A DNA stretch of 63,284 nt, the filler included, from Eubacteriales bacterium (lineage in GTDB: Bacteria; Bacillota; Clostridia; Oscillospirales; CAG-382): the NCBI GenBank assembly GCA_045636665.1. It is 9 parts of 9 records of this genome, joined end to end, with 100 filler letters (N's around TTAATTAATTAA, not from the genome) between each part and the next. Parts side by side here need not be neighbours in the genome. Positions count along the whole stretch, not along the records: positions 11,158 to 33,929 come from JAZTXY010000113.1; positions 34,030 to 39,016 come from JAZTXY010000114.1; 7 more parts are not named here. One strand, 5' to 3'. A program made the translations under genes and the position numbers. A model generated the notes under the pieces. It did no database searches. It saw only the letters and a list, made by a program, of their open reading frames with translations, and was not told the origin of the DNA. This document shows, piece by piece, positions 29,242 through 38,728 of the stretch (position 1 is the first letter of the stretch; every line of letters begins with the position of its first letter).

Positions 29242-29373
29242 TTAATCGTCGCGTTCTTTGGAGTAATTCAAGACGTTGCCGTTAACATCCTAAACGGGTT
29301 CTTTTTAAAAGTCAAGAATCGATCCGTCGGCAGCAAGAACCTCAATAACATATTCCAAACCGTCGTGAACAAA
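29242..29373 (-). pseudogene. Decayed fragment of a PepSY-domain gene
   Basis: FVHDGLEYVIEVLAADGSILDF*KEPV*DVNGNVLNYSKERDD*, with two in-frame stops and no start. Confidence 0.55.
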
Positions 29374-29436
29374 TGATGGTTCTTGAATAAAAACATCAAA
29401 AAGGATGGATTTGCATCCACCCCTTTGAAAATATTA

Positions 29437-30306
29437 TCAAATTCTGCCCGAAACGGTTACGGTTGCTTTTCCCGGATTAATATTAATCTCGCCCGTTTCT
29501 TCATCTCTTGTGCAGGCGGAAGCAGGTACGGTAATATCGCTTCCCGTAGCGCGCGAAATCGTCAAAACACCGCCAACGTATCTAAAACGGTTTTCGGCTA
29601 AAATTTCTCCGTTAACGGTAACCGCAATATCCTCAATAGCAGGATTGAAAACATCTGTGAGTACAATCTCGCTTGCATCGATATTTCCGTAATTTGAAAT
29701 GTCGATAACGTAGTTCAGCCTTTCGCCGCAGGTAACGGGATTGGGACACACCGATTTGGTCACGCGCAAATCGGCGTATTCGTCAACGGGAATTGTGAAA
29801 GAATCGCAAACGGTTTCCTCGCAAGGGCAGTTGCAAACAAATTCCGCACACGCAGTATTTGTAATCGTCGCACCGACTGCGAAACACGCAAATTCATTAA
29901 CACGCGCACGGTAAATAATCTGCGCCGTTCCGCCTGCGGGAATGCTTTCGATTTCAAAAATAACGCTGTCGCTTCCGACAAGCGCATCAAGATCGGAAAC
30001 GAAAACGCCGTTAATAAAAAGCTGTGCCGTTCCGATATAGCTAAGCGGCGTAACGTCGTTTTGGTCTTCGGTAAAGGTGCCCAAGTCGTCAACAACACTA
30101 ACGTTTTGCGCAATTTGGCTTCTGTTGTTCGATACGGTGATAATATAAGTCAGCTCCTGCCCGATGCGGTAGCTTTCGGAAAGGGAAGACTTGTTAATGC
30201 TCAAGCTTCCGTTCAGAACCGTGCTTGTCGTATTCGAGAATGCAACCGCCGTCGCGGTTCCCGAATTATAGTTGACGGTTGCGCGGTTTGTAATTATCGT
30301 TGCCAT
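29437..30306 (-). CDS. DUF11 (OmcB-like Ig-fold repeat) protein
   Basis: LSINKS...ELTYIITVSN..VVDDL; LRVTKSVCPNPV..LNYVIDISNYGN..LTD. Confidence 0.8.
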   Translation of the reverse strand: MATIITNRATVNYNSGTATAVAFSNTTSTVLNGSLSINKSSLSESYRIGQELTYIITVSNNRSQIAQNVSVVDDLGTFTEDQNDVTPLSYIGTAQLFINGVFVSDLDALVGSDSVIFEIESIPAGGTAQIIYRARVNEFACFAVGATITNTACAEFVCNCPCEETVCDSFTIPVDEYADLRVTKSVCPNPVTCGERLNYVIDISNYGNIDASEIVLTDVFNPAIEDIAVTVNGEILAENRFRYVGGVLTISRATGSDITVPASACTRDEETGEININPGKATVTVSGRI

Positions 30307-30385
30307 CGGTAATCATTACTCCTTAATCGTTAATAGGGTATAAAAGCCCTTAAAACAGTATATTTACCGAATGACGAAAAAGTTA

Positions 30386-30413
30386 AAAGCCACGATTTTT
30401 TATCGTGGCTTTT
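30386..30413 (-). terminator. Intrinsic terminator
   Basis: AAAAGCCACGAT-TTTTT-ATCGTGGCTTTT. Confidence 0.75.
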
Positions 30414-30429
30414 GCGGAAACGTTTTTAA

Positions 30430-30729
30430 TTAAGCGTCTTTTCCTTCGAAGGTGCAAAGAATATCATCTTCGTCGGTATTGAAATCTTCGAAATCGCTGA
30501 TGAATTCATCATATTCATCCAAATAAGCATCTTCTGCTGCCTTAAGCTTTTTGCGCTTCTTGAATTCGGAAACGAGCAATGCAACGCCTGCAATACCGCC
30601 AATAGCACCGAATATGCCGAACGCCTTTGCAAGATTCTTCTTCTTTTCGAGGTTAAGCAAGCAAAGTACAAAAAATGTTGCCGACTGAACGAGAAGAGAA
30701 ATGCCGATAATGGGTCTGAGTTTTTTCAT
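30430..30729 (-). CDS. Small hypothetical membrane protein with acidic C-terminus
   Basis: GGAGGT RBS before MKKLRPIIG; two hydrophobic segments; Asp/Glu-rich tail. Confidence 0.75.
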   Translation of the reverse strand: MKKLRPIIGISLLVQSATFFVLCLLNLEKKKNLAKAFGIFGAIGGIAGVALLVSEFKKRKKLKAAEDAYLDEYDEFISDFEDFNTDEDDILCTFEGKDA

Positions 30730-30775
30730 GGTAAATACCTCCGAAATTATTATATGATTGTTTTTATCTTTGAAA

Positions 30776-31885
30776 TTATTTGTTGCAGTTAAGCTTAAGA
30801 TATTCATTAATGAAATCGTCAAGCTCGCCGTCCATAACCGCTTGTATGTTACCCGTTTCACAGCCTGTGCGGTTATCCTTTACAAGGGTGTAGGGCATAA
30901 ATACGTAGGAACGGATCTGGCTGCCCCATTCGATGTTCATCTTTGTGCCGGTTATATCCTCAACACGCTCCAAGTGCTCGCGTTCCTTAATTTCAAGAAG
31001 CTTACTCTTAAGCATCTTCATTGCGGTTTCGCGGTTTTGAACCTGACTGCGTTCGGTCTGACAACCGACAACGATACCGGTGGGAATATGTGTAATACGA
31101 ATTGCCGAGTCGGTCTTGTTAACGTGCTGTCCGCCCGCGCCGCTTGCACGGTGAGCATCGATCTTCAAATCGGCTTCGTTTATTTCAATGGTGATTTCGT
31201 CATTGAATTCGGGAAGAACCTCGACAGAAGCGAATGAAGTATGTCTTCTTCCGCTCGAGTCAAACGGGGAAACGCGAACCAATCTGTGTACGCCCGATTC
31301 GCTCTTTAAATAGCCGTAAGCATTTTCGCCCTCGACCATAAAAGAAACGCTTTTAATACCCGCTTCGTCACCGTCAAGGTAATCAAGCACCTTTAGCTTA
31401 AAACCGCGCCTTGCGGCATATTGCGAATACATTCGGTAAAGCATTTGCGCCCAATCCTGCGCCTCGGTACCGCCCGCGCCGGGGTGAATCGAAATAATGG
31501 CATTACTGCCGTCATATTCACCCGAAAGAAGAATTTCAATCTTCTGTCTTTCGTATTCCTTGCGTACCGCTTCAAGATCGCTCAAAACGTCTTCGACAAC
31601 GCTGTCGTCATCCTCTTCAATAGAAAGCTCGATAAGCGTTTCAATATCGTCAAAACTGCGTCTTAACGCAAGATAGCGCTCGAGCGTACCTTTTTTGAAT
31701 TTTAATTGCTTTAAAACGACCTGAGATTCCTGCGGCTTGTCCCAAAAACCTGCTTCAGCGGTTTTGTTTTCAAGCTCTTCAACTTCTTTTTTCAACGATT
31801 CATAGCCAATAGAATCGCCAAGATCGTTAATACCTTCGCTAAGCTCGCCGAGCGAAAGCTTTGCCTGTTCCAATTGTAAAATCAC
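30776..31885 (-). CDS. prfB: Peptide chain release factor 2 (single uninterrupted ORF)
   Basis: GAGGTEAQDW, SPF motif, GAGGQHVNKT, EWGSQIRSY; GTG start with AAGGAG RBS. Confidence 0.97.
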   Translation of the reverse strand: MILQLEQAKLSLGELSEGINDLGDSIGYESLKKEVEELENKTAEAGFWDKPQESQVVLKQLKFKKGTLERYLALRRSFDDIETLIELSIEEDDDSVVEDVLSDLEAVRKEYERQKIEILLSGEYDGSNAIISIHPGAGGTEAQDWAQMLYRMYSQYAARRGFKLKVLDYLDGDEAGIKSVSFMVEGENAYGYLKSESGVHRLVRVSPFDSSGRRHTSFASVEVLPEFNDEITIEINEADLKIDAHRASGAGGQHVNKTDSAIRITHIPTGIVVGCQTERSQVQNRETAMKMLKSKLLEIKEREHLERVEDITGTKMNIEWGSQIRSYVFMPYTLVKDNRTGCETGNIQAVMDGELDDFINEYLKLNCNK

Positions 31886-32079
31886 GGAGCGTTCTCCTTA
31901 AATAGTTCTATTCACTTTTATTATATACACAAACTCGTATTATGTCAAGAAGTTTTAACGAAATAAAGCGAAAATGTGCAAGGCATTGTTGCATTTTCCG
32001 TACTTTTACTTTATTATTAATAAAAAAGAAAACTCAATATTAATTATTGCCAAATATTTTGAAAATTTTCGAAAAAATC

Positions 32080-32108
32080 GAAACCTTCAAGCGAATTTAT
32101 CGAGTAAT
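32080..32108 (+). promoter_or_regulatory. Candidate ECF-type autoregulatory promoter
   Basis: GAAAC-N16-CGAGTAAT upstream of the ECF sigma gene; resembles the GAAAC-N16-CGT pattern of Bacillus ECF promoters, but the -10 is imperfect. Confidence 0.35.
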
Positions 32109-32150
32109 TACAGTAAGGGTACCCAATAAGTAAAAAAGGAGTGAATATGA

Positions 32151-32711
32151 GTGCAGGATAAGCAAATAGTCGAGCTTTATCTTAATCGAGATGAAACTGC
32201 CATTTCCGAAACGACCGAGAAATACGGCAAATATCTGATGAAGATTGCCTTTAACATTTTGGCAAACGAGGAAGACGCAAAAGAATCCGTAAACGATACG
32301 TATCTTGCCGTCTGGGGTTCAATTCCGCCGAACGAGCCTGAAATTTTGTCGACCTATCTTGTAAAGCTTATCAGACGAATTTCTATCGACAAGCTTCGTG
32401 CCAATCATCGTCAAAAGCGTATCCCGTCCGAATATTTGGTTTCTATCGACGAGTTAAACCAAATTATTACAGACAACTCAACTCCCGAATCGAATTACGA
32501 AGCAAAGCTACTCTCGGGCTCGATCAACGCATTTGTAAAATCTTTGTCGACCGCAAACCGAAATGTTTTTATTGCGAGGTATTATTTTTTCGATTCGATA
32601 AAAGATATTTCGCAATCATTCGGTATAAGCGAATCAAAAGTAAAAAATATGCTGTTCCGTTCTCGCAAGGCGTTAAAGGAGCACTTAAGAAAGGAAGGGT
32701 TTGACGTATGA
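32151..32711 (+). CDS. ECF sigma-70 factor
   Basis: DKQIVELYLNRDETAI, EDAKESVNDTYLAVWGSIPP, region 4 FIARYYFFDSIKDI..GISESKVKNMLFRSRKALK. Confidence 0.93.
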   Translation: MQDKQIVELYLNRDETAISETTEKYGKYLMKIAFNILANEEDAKESVNDTYLAVWGSIPPNEPEILSTYLVKLIRRISIDKLRANHRQKRIPSEYLVSIDELNQIITDNSTPESNYEAKLLSGSINAFVKSLSTANRNVFIARYYFFDSIKDISQSFGISESKVKNMLFRSRKALKEHLRKEGFDV

Positions 32712-33929
32712 AAAAGGAAGAACTCAGCAATGCATTTGAATTCATCGATGATTCGATTATTGACGAAGTTAATAAAGCACGTAACTCTAAATCGCAACCG
32801 AAGCGCCGTAAGCTGATGCGATATATTGCATTGGCCGCTTGCTTTTGTATAATCTTTACGTCGTTGTTTTTTACAGTGCCTCTCTTCAACACTGTACACG
32901 CGCAGGATCTTATGGAGGGGATCACGCCGAATCAAGTTGAACCTATCGTTATCGATGAATATAACGAAAGAGTGACCGATTTTGCGATACGCCTTTTTAA
33001 AGCAAGCCAAACCGACGGCAAAAGCTCTCTCGTTTCGCCCTTGTCCGTTATGTGCGCGCTTTCGATGACGCTTAACGGTGCCGACGGAGAAACGCGTGCC
33101 CAGATGGAATCGGTTTTAGGTATGACTGCCGATGAGCTGAACAATTATATTTACAGTTATATCAATTCGTTACCCGTAAAGAATAAATACAAATTAAAGG
33201 TCGCAAACTCGATTTGGTACAGGGATAGCGAGGTATTTGTCCCCAACCGGGATTTCCTTCAAATCAATGCAGATTATTACGGCGCACAGCTTTATCAATC
33301 GGAGTTCGATTCTGGCACGCTCAAAGAGATAAACCAATGGGTCGAGCGCGAAACCGACGGAATGATACCGCAAATTCTTGATCATCTTGATGACGATTCG
33401 TTAATGGTGCTTGTTAACACGCTTGCATTCCAAGCCGATTGGGAAAAAATATACGAGAACGACGAGGTTTTCGAAAACGTATTTACTCTCGAAAACGGCA
33501 CTGAAAAAACCGTGGAATTTATGTATGACGAGCAAAATAAATATTTCGAGTCGGATAATTGCGTCGGCTTTATCAAGAATTACGTTGGCAAAAAATATGC
33601 TTTTGCAGCAATTCTTCCCGACGAGGGAATAAGTATGTCGGATTTTCTCGATACGCTTACCGGTGAAAAAATAAGCAATATGCTCTCAAACGAAAAAAAG
33701 GGAAAGGTTTTCACAAGAATACCCAAATTCAAATCAGAGTATAAAATGTATATGGCGGACACTCTGTCCGAAATGGGAATGCCCAATGCCTTCTCGCCCG
33801 AAAAGGCCGATTTCGGCTTGATGGGATCGTACGACGTCAATATCTATATCGATAACGTTATCCACAGAACCTTTATCGAGGTCAACGAAAGAGGTACGAA
33901 AGCGGGCGCTGCAACGGTGCTTCCTACAC
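32708..33929 (+). CDS. Serpin with N-terminal anti-sigma-like cytoplasmic segment and TM helix (3' truncated)
   Basis: ATGA overlap with sigma gene; DFAIRLFK, LVSPLSV..ALSM..NGADGET, INQWV..TDGMIP, LVNTLAFQADW, IPKFK, HRTFIEVNERGTKAGAAT hinge. Confidence 0.9.
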
Positions 33930-34096
33930 NNNNNNNNNNNNNNNNNNNNNNNNNNNNNNNNNNNNNNNNNNNNTTAATTAATTAANNNNNNNNNNNNNNN
34001 NNNNNNNNNNNNNNNNNNNNNNNNNNNNNCGATCCGACTTGGCAATTCAGGAGCGAAACCGTAAACAAAAAAGGCGGTACAATTACCGTCCTTAAT

Positions 34097-34172
34097 AAAT
34101 AATTATAATAAAATTTTTTGAAAAAAGAGCGCGAGAGAAAGACTTTTTTAAAAGTTTTTCTCTCGCAATATA
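34097..34172 (+). repeat. Dispersed intergenic hairpin repeat, type T (copy 1)
   Basis: ...TTTTTG..GAGCGCGAGAG.....CTTTT..AAAAG....CTCTCGCA.TATA; a diverged inverted copy lies at 38529-38607. Confidence 0.7.
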
Positions 34173-34184
34173 ATCAAACTCTAA

Positions 34185-35093
34185 TTATTTATTCTTCTTG
34201 CCGCCGATTTTGGTAAGAGCGTTCCAGATCATACCCGACATAAAGACGGAGGAGAAAAGACCTGCTACGATACCAACGATGAGGGGAAGCGCGAATTGGT
34301 TGATCGATTCGACACCGAGGATGTAAATCATACCGATGGTGAAAAGGGTTGTGAGGGTGGTGTTGATGCTTCTGCCGAAGGTTTCGTGGATACCGGTGTT
34401 AACGATATCGGAAAATTCGGTGCCTGCTTCAGCCTTCGCCTTGTTTTCACGGATACGGTCGAACACAACGATGGTTGCGTTGATCGAGTAACCGAGGATG
34501 GTAAGCAAAGCCGCGATAATCATCGAGTTAACGGGGATTTGAAGGAGCGAATATGCCGCAAACATAACGAAAAGGTCGTGTGCAAGACAGCAGATTGCCG
34601 CGATACCCGATTTTGCTTCGAAACGGATCCAAATGTAAACGAGCATAAGCACGATAGCTACCGCAACAGCGATGATAGCGGTTTTGGTAAGCTGGCTGCC
34701 GATGGTCGGTGCGATGGTGTTGATTTCGATATTGTTTGCATTTGCGTTGGGATATTTTGCAAGTACGGCATCTTCAAGCGCAACGGTTTGTTCGGTGGTG
34801 AGCGCCGCGGTACCGGTACGGATGATTGCCATATTGATGTTGTCGGTCGATTGGGTGGTGGAGGAAACGTAATCGTTACCCAATTTTTCGTGATTTCTGA
34901 TAATATTGTTAATATCGTCACAAACCTCTTGGGTTACCTCGGTTCCGAGGTCGATTTTGATTTCGGTACCGCCCGAAAAGTCGATATCGATATTAAAGCC
35001 TCTTACGAAGAAGGAAACAAGACCGATAAGGATTACGAGTGCTACAACGCAAAGCGTTACTTTTTGGTTTTTAATAAAGTGAAACTTGCTCAT
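34185..35093 (-). CDS. secF: Protein translocase subunit SecF
   Basis: IDFSGGTE, YIWIRFE, GYSINATIVVFDRIRE, RSINTTLTT. Confidence 0.96.
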   Translation of the reverse strand: MSKFHFIKNQKVTLCVVALVILIGLVSFFVRGFNIDIDFSGGTEIKIDLGTEVTQEVCDDINNIIRNHEKLGNDYVSSTTQSTDNINMAIIRTGTAALTTEQTVALEDAVLAKYPNANANNIEINTIAPTIGSQLTKTAIIAVAVAIVLMLVYIWIRFEAKSGIAAICCLAHDLFVMFAAYSLLQIPVNSMIIAALLTILGYSINATIVVFDRIRENKAKAEAGTEFSDIVNTGIHETFGRSINTTLTTLFTIGMIYILGVESINQFALPLIVGIVAGLFSSVFMSGMIWNALTKIGGKKNK

Positions 35094-36379
35094 TATTTAG
35101 CTCTCCTTCCCAACGATCTGTATTTTTTAGGTTCGGTGATGCCCATACCGATACCAAGATTAAGAAGTGCCTTGGTGATAATCAATGCGGTAAAGAGCGA
35201 GATAACGATACCGATAAAGAGGGTAGATGCGAAGCCCTTGATGGTACCCGAACCGAGGAAGTAAAGCACCGCACACGCGATGATTGTGGTAACGTTCGAG
35301 TCGAGAATTGCCGAGAAAGCTCTCTTGAAGCCTGCCTTAACAGCCGCCTTTGCGCTCTTGCCGAGGTCGATTTCTTCCTTAATACGTTCGAAGATGACAA
35401 CGTTTGCGTCAACCGCCATACCGATCGAAAGGAAGATACCTGCGATACCTGCAAGGGTAAGGTTGGTGCCGAAGATAACGATAACAAGACCGTAAATACC
35501 GATGTAAGCGATAAGAGCGATCGATGCCATTACGCCGGGAACCTTATAATAGATGCAGAGGAAAACGAGAACCAAAAGAACGCCGATTGCACCTGCGATA
35601 AGCGAGGTGGAAAGCGAATCTTCACCAAGAGTTGCGCCAACGGTTCTTTGTTCAACGGTTTCAAGCTCGTAACGGAACGCACCTGCGTTAATGTTGTTCG
35701 CAAGGGCAGAAGCCGATTCATAAGTGAAGTTACCGGTGATGATTGCTTCGCCGGTGGTGATTGCTTCGTTAACGGTGGGTTCGCTGATCATAACGCCGTC
35801 GATATAAATACCGATGGTTTCTTTGTTAGCTGCTGCTTTTGTGGTAGCAGTTGCAAACTTCTGTGCGCCTTCATCGGTAAGAGTAAGCGAAACCGCATAT
35901 TCATATTTACCTTCGGAAACCTGGAAGCTGCCGCCCAAAGCGGATTCAACGTGTTCACCTTCAAGAACAACTGCGCCGCTTTTATCCTTGAATTGGAGCT
36001 TAGCGGTTTGCATAAAGCTTGCGATAGCTTCGTTGGGGTCTTCAACGTCGGGAATTTCGATGGTGATCATATCGTCACCGGTGAGATAACAAAGCGCTTC
36101 GGTAAGGCCTTGTCCGTCAAGACGGTCTCTCATAACGGTGTAGACCGAGTTCATACCTGTTTCGAGGTCAGAGCCCGTATCATCGGTTTTAGCTTGGAAA
36201 GTAACAACGGAGCCGCCCGCAAGGTCAAGACCCAAACGGATAGTTCCTTCTTCAAATATTCCTTTTAACTGCGTATCATCGCTAAAGTAAACGCCGCCGA
36301 CGGTTATCGAGCAAATAAGCACGATAGCGAGCAACAGCAACACAAAACGCGAGACACTTACAGCGCGTGAGTAATTCAT
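35093..36379 (-). CDS. secD: Protein translocase subunit SecD
   Basis: LGLDLAGG, VGATLG, IGMAVDANVVIFERIKEE, ILDSNVTT, GTIKGFA. Confidence 0.96.
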   Translation of the reverse strand: MNYSRAVSVSRFVLLLLAIVLICSITVGGVYFSDDTQLKGIFEEGTIRLGLDLAGGSVVTFQAKTDDTGSDLETGMNSVYTVMRDRLDGQGLTEALCYLTGDDMITIEIPDVEDPNEAIASFMQTAKLQFKDKSGAVVLEGEHVESALGGSFQVSEGKYEYAVSLTLTDEGAQKFATATTKAAANKETIGIYIDGVMISEPTVNEAITTGEAIITGNFTYESASALANNINAGAFRYELETVEQRTVGATLGEDSLSTSLIAGAIGVLLVLVFLCIYYKVPGVMASIALIAYIGIYGLVIVIFGTNLTLAGIAGIFLSIGMAVDANVVIFERIKEEIDLGKSAKAAVKAGFKRAFSAILDSNVTTIIACAVLYFLGSGTIKGFASTLFIGIVISLFTALIITKALLNLGIGMGITEPKKYRSLGRRAK

Positions 36380-36500
36380 CGCATATACCTCCGAGAAATT
36401 TTTCTAACATTTCAATTATACATACAAGCGCTCTATAAGTCAAGCATTATTTTCAAACAGAACGCAATTTAAAGCCATATTTTTACAAAAAATACACAAA

Positions 36501-37400
36501 TCAATAAATAAACCGCAACGCCTTTTCCTTGATTTCGATAACGGTGCTCGACATTTCTCCGCCGTTTTCTCCGTCGAGCGACCATTCGTTTTTATCGGTG
36601 CTTAAAAAGGTCGCGTTTTTCGCCTTGCGCTTGATAAATAGGGGAGAATCGAGCTTGCCGTGCATTATCGAATTGATAAGCGAGGTTGCCTCCGAAAGGC
36701 TTTTCGGCGATTTGATAAGCGTAAGCTCGAAAAAGCCGTCGTCAAATATAACGTCCTCCTTCGGGAACTTAAAAACACCGCCGACGCTGTGGGTGCTCGA
36801 AACACCCGCAAGGATAAATTCGCCGTCGATAAGTTCGCCGTCACAGCTTACCTCGAAATGCATTTTGTGCATACGAGTCAGCGAGGATGCGCCCTTTAAC
36901 AGATATGCGCTGTGGCCAAAGGTGTTTTTCATTCTTTGGCTGGTTTTAAAGGATGCGTCGGCAAAAACACCCGTGCAGGCGATATAAACGAAATATCTTT
37001 CACCGCAAAGTCCCAAATCGATATATTTAGGCTCCTTGACGGCAATCGCCTCGCAGGCAGATTCCAAATCCTTCGGGAGTCCCAAGGACTTGCCGAAATC
37101 GTTTGTCGAGCCGAGAGGGATATAACCAAGCGGAACGTCGCTTCCGCTTTGCATAATTCCGTTTATCACGTTGTTAAGCGTGCCGTCACCGCCGATTGCG
37201 ACGACAGTGCCGTAATTTTTGCATTCCTCGGCAATCGTTTTTTCGGTCTTACCGCCCGAAACGGTTGGCAAAACGGTAACGCGAAAGCCGTGGGCGGTTA
37301 AAAGCTCGACGGTCTTTAACAGTATTTCCTTGCCCTTGCCTTTTCCCGCAACGGGGTTAAGCACGAGCAGAAGCGAGTTGTTCGATCGTTGACAGTTCAT
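36501..37400 (-). CDS. YegS/DAGK-family lipid kinase
   Basis: NPVAGKG, GGDGTLNNV, IPLGSTNDF, SLDGE; start reassigned to 37400. Confidence 0.9.
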   Translation of the reverse strand: MNCQRSNNSLLLVLNPVAGKGKGKEILLKTVELLTAHGFRVTVLPTVSGGKTEKTIAEECKNYGTVVAIGGDGTLNNVINGIMQSGSDVPLGYIPLGSTNDFGKSLGLPKDLESACEAIAVKEPKYIDLGLCGERYFVYIACTGVFADASFKTSQRMKNTFGHSAYLLKGASSLTRMHKMHFEVSCDGELIDGEFILAGVSSTHSVGGVFKFPKEDVIFDDGFFELTLIKSPKSLSEATSLINSIMHGKLDSPLFIKRKAKNATFLSTDKNEWSLDGENGGEMSSTVIEIKEKALRFIY

Positions 37401-38409
37401 GACCTTTAAAAATTCCTTTTTCGGTGATAATTCCCGTAATAAGCTCGTTGGGGGTAACGTCAAACGCAGGGTTATAGACCGAAACGTTTTTATGCGTCAT
37501 ACGCTTTGCGTAATGCATTTCGGTCACCTCATTGGGATTTCTTTGCTCAATAACTATTTCCTCGCCGCTTTCACAAAACGGGTCGACCGTCGACAGCGGA
37601 GCGCAAACGTAAAAGGGAATGCCAAAGTGCTTTGCGATAATGGCAACGCCCAACGTGCCGATTTTGTTCGCCGCATCGCCGTTCATCGCAATTCTGTCTG
37701 CGCCGACAAGCACCATATCAATCATACCCTTTGACATAAGCGAAGCCGCCATATTGTCGCACTGAAGGGTAACGGGGATGCCGTTTTCGGCAAGCTCAAA
37801 AGCGGTTAAACGCGCACCCTGAAGAAGCGGACGCGTTTCATCGGCATAAACCGAAACTCTTTTGCCGTTTTCGTTTGCGGTGTAAATGGGGGCAAGCGCA
37901 GTGCCGTAACGCACCGCCGCCAACGCACCTGCGTTGCAGTGTGTCAAAATACGCGCGCCGTCCTTAATAAGCGTGTCGCCGTAAAATCCGATAAGCTTGC
38001 AGGTTTGAATATCCTCGTTATAAATGGCGAGCGCTTCTGCCTTAAGCGCCTTTTTAATACCGCCAACGCCCAAGCCCTTTGCGTCGTTGGCGCATTTTAT
38101 CATCCGCTTTACCGCCCAAGAAAGGTTGACGGCGGTCGGACGTGAGGAGTTGACAATTTCGGCGCTTTTGCGGAAGGAATAAAGGAAACCGTCCTCGCTT
38201 TCGTCCTCAAAACGGTTTGCCGCGGCATAAAGACCAATCGCCGCACCGACGCCGATGGCGGGCGCACCGCGTACCGAAAGACGCTTTATAACGTCGTAAA
38301 GATCGAAAATATCGTTGCAAGTGCAAATTTTAAGCTCGTTCGGAAGAAGCGTTTGGTCGATATAACACAACAAATCGCGTTCCTCGTCAAGCCAAACCGT
38401 ATCCTGCAT
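37357..38409 (-). CDS. mtnA: S-methyl-5-thioribose-1-phosphate isomerase
   Basis: IDQTLLP, VRGAPAIG, RPTAVNL, THCNAG, ETRPLLQGARLT, NPAFDVTP; start 38409 with GGAGGT RBS. Confidence 0.95.
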   Translation of the reverse strand: MQDTVWLDEERDLLCYIDQTLLPNELKICTCNDIFDLYDVIKRLSVRGAPAIGVGAAIGLYAAANRFEDESEDGFLYSFRKSAEIVNSSRPTAVNLSWAVKRMIKCANDAKGLGVGGIKKALKAEALAIYNEDIQTCKLIGFYGDTLIKDGARILTHCNAGALAAVRYGTALAPIYTANENGKRVSVYADETRPLLQGARLTAFELAENGIPVTLQCDNMAASLMSKGMIDMVLVGADRIAMNGDAANKIGTLGVAIIAKHFGIPFYVCAPLSTVDPFCESGEEIVIEQRNPNEVTEMHYAKRMTHKNVSVYNPAFDVTPNELITGIITEKGIFKGHELSTIEQLASARA

Positions 38410-38436
38410 AAATACCTCCAAAAAATTATTCAAAGA

Positions 38437-38465
38437 ATTATAACATAAAATCAAAAATATTGCAA
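38437..38465 (-). promoter_or_regulatory. SigA-type promoter of mtnA
   Basis: TTGCAA-17 nt (with TG)-TATAAT on minus strand. Confidence 0.7.
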
Positions 38466-38528
38466 TATAAATCGCTACGCTCTCGAAGAAAAATGGTGAT
38501 GTTTTACGAGAGAGGAGCTTTTGGTGAA

Positions 38529-38607
38529 TATAGTGCGAGAGCCCCTTTTTAAAAAAAGTGACTCTCGCGCTCTCTCCAAAAACTTTCAATATTAATAATT
38601 ATTATTT
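38529..38607 (-). repeat. Dispersed intergenic hairpin repeat, type T (copy 2)
   Basis: Reverse complement AAATAATAATTAT..AAGTTTTTGGAGAGAGCGCGAGAG..CTCTCGCACTATA matches 34097-34172. Confidence 0.7.
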
Positions 38608-38728
38608 GTGCACGGTCGTTGCGGTTTGATTTTTCGCTCGTTTTATTTAATTGCGGCAACGCCCCCAATAGCCTCCCTTGTGCATTTAACCCCATATCAA
38701 GGTATTTGTTACGGCAACGGTCTGAATA

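Noticed and set aside
34030..34102. Plus-strand ORF tail DPTWQFRSETVNKKGGTITVLNK*
   Set aside because: Too short to assign, and on a different contig from the serpin, so not its C-terminus
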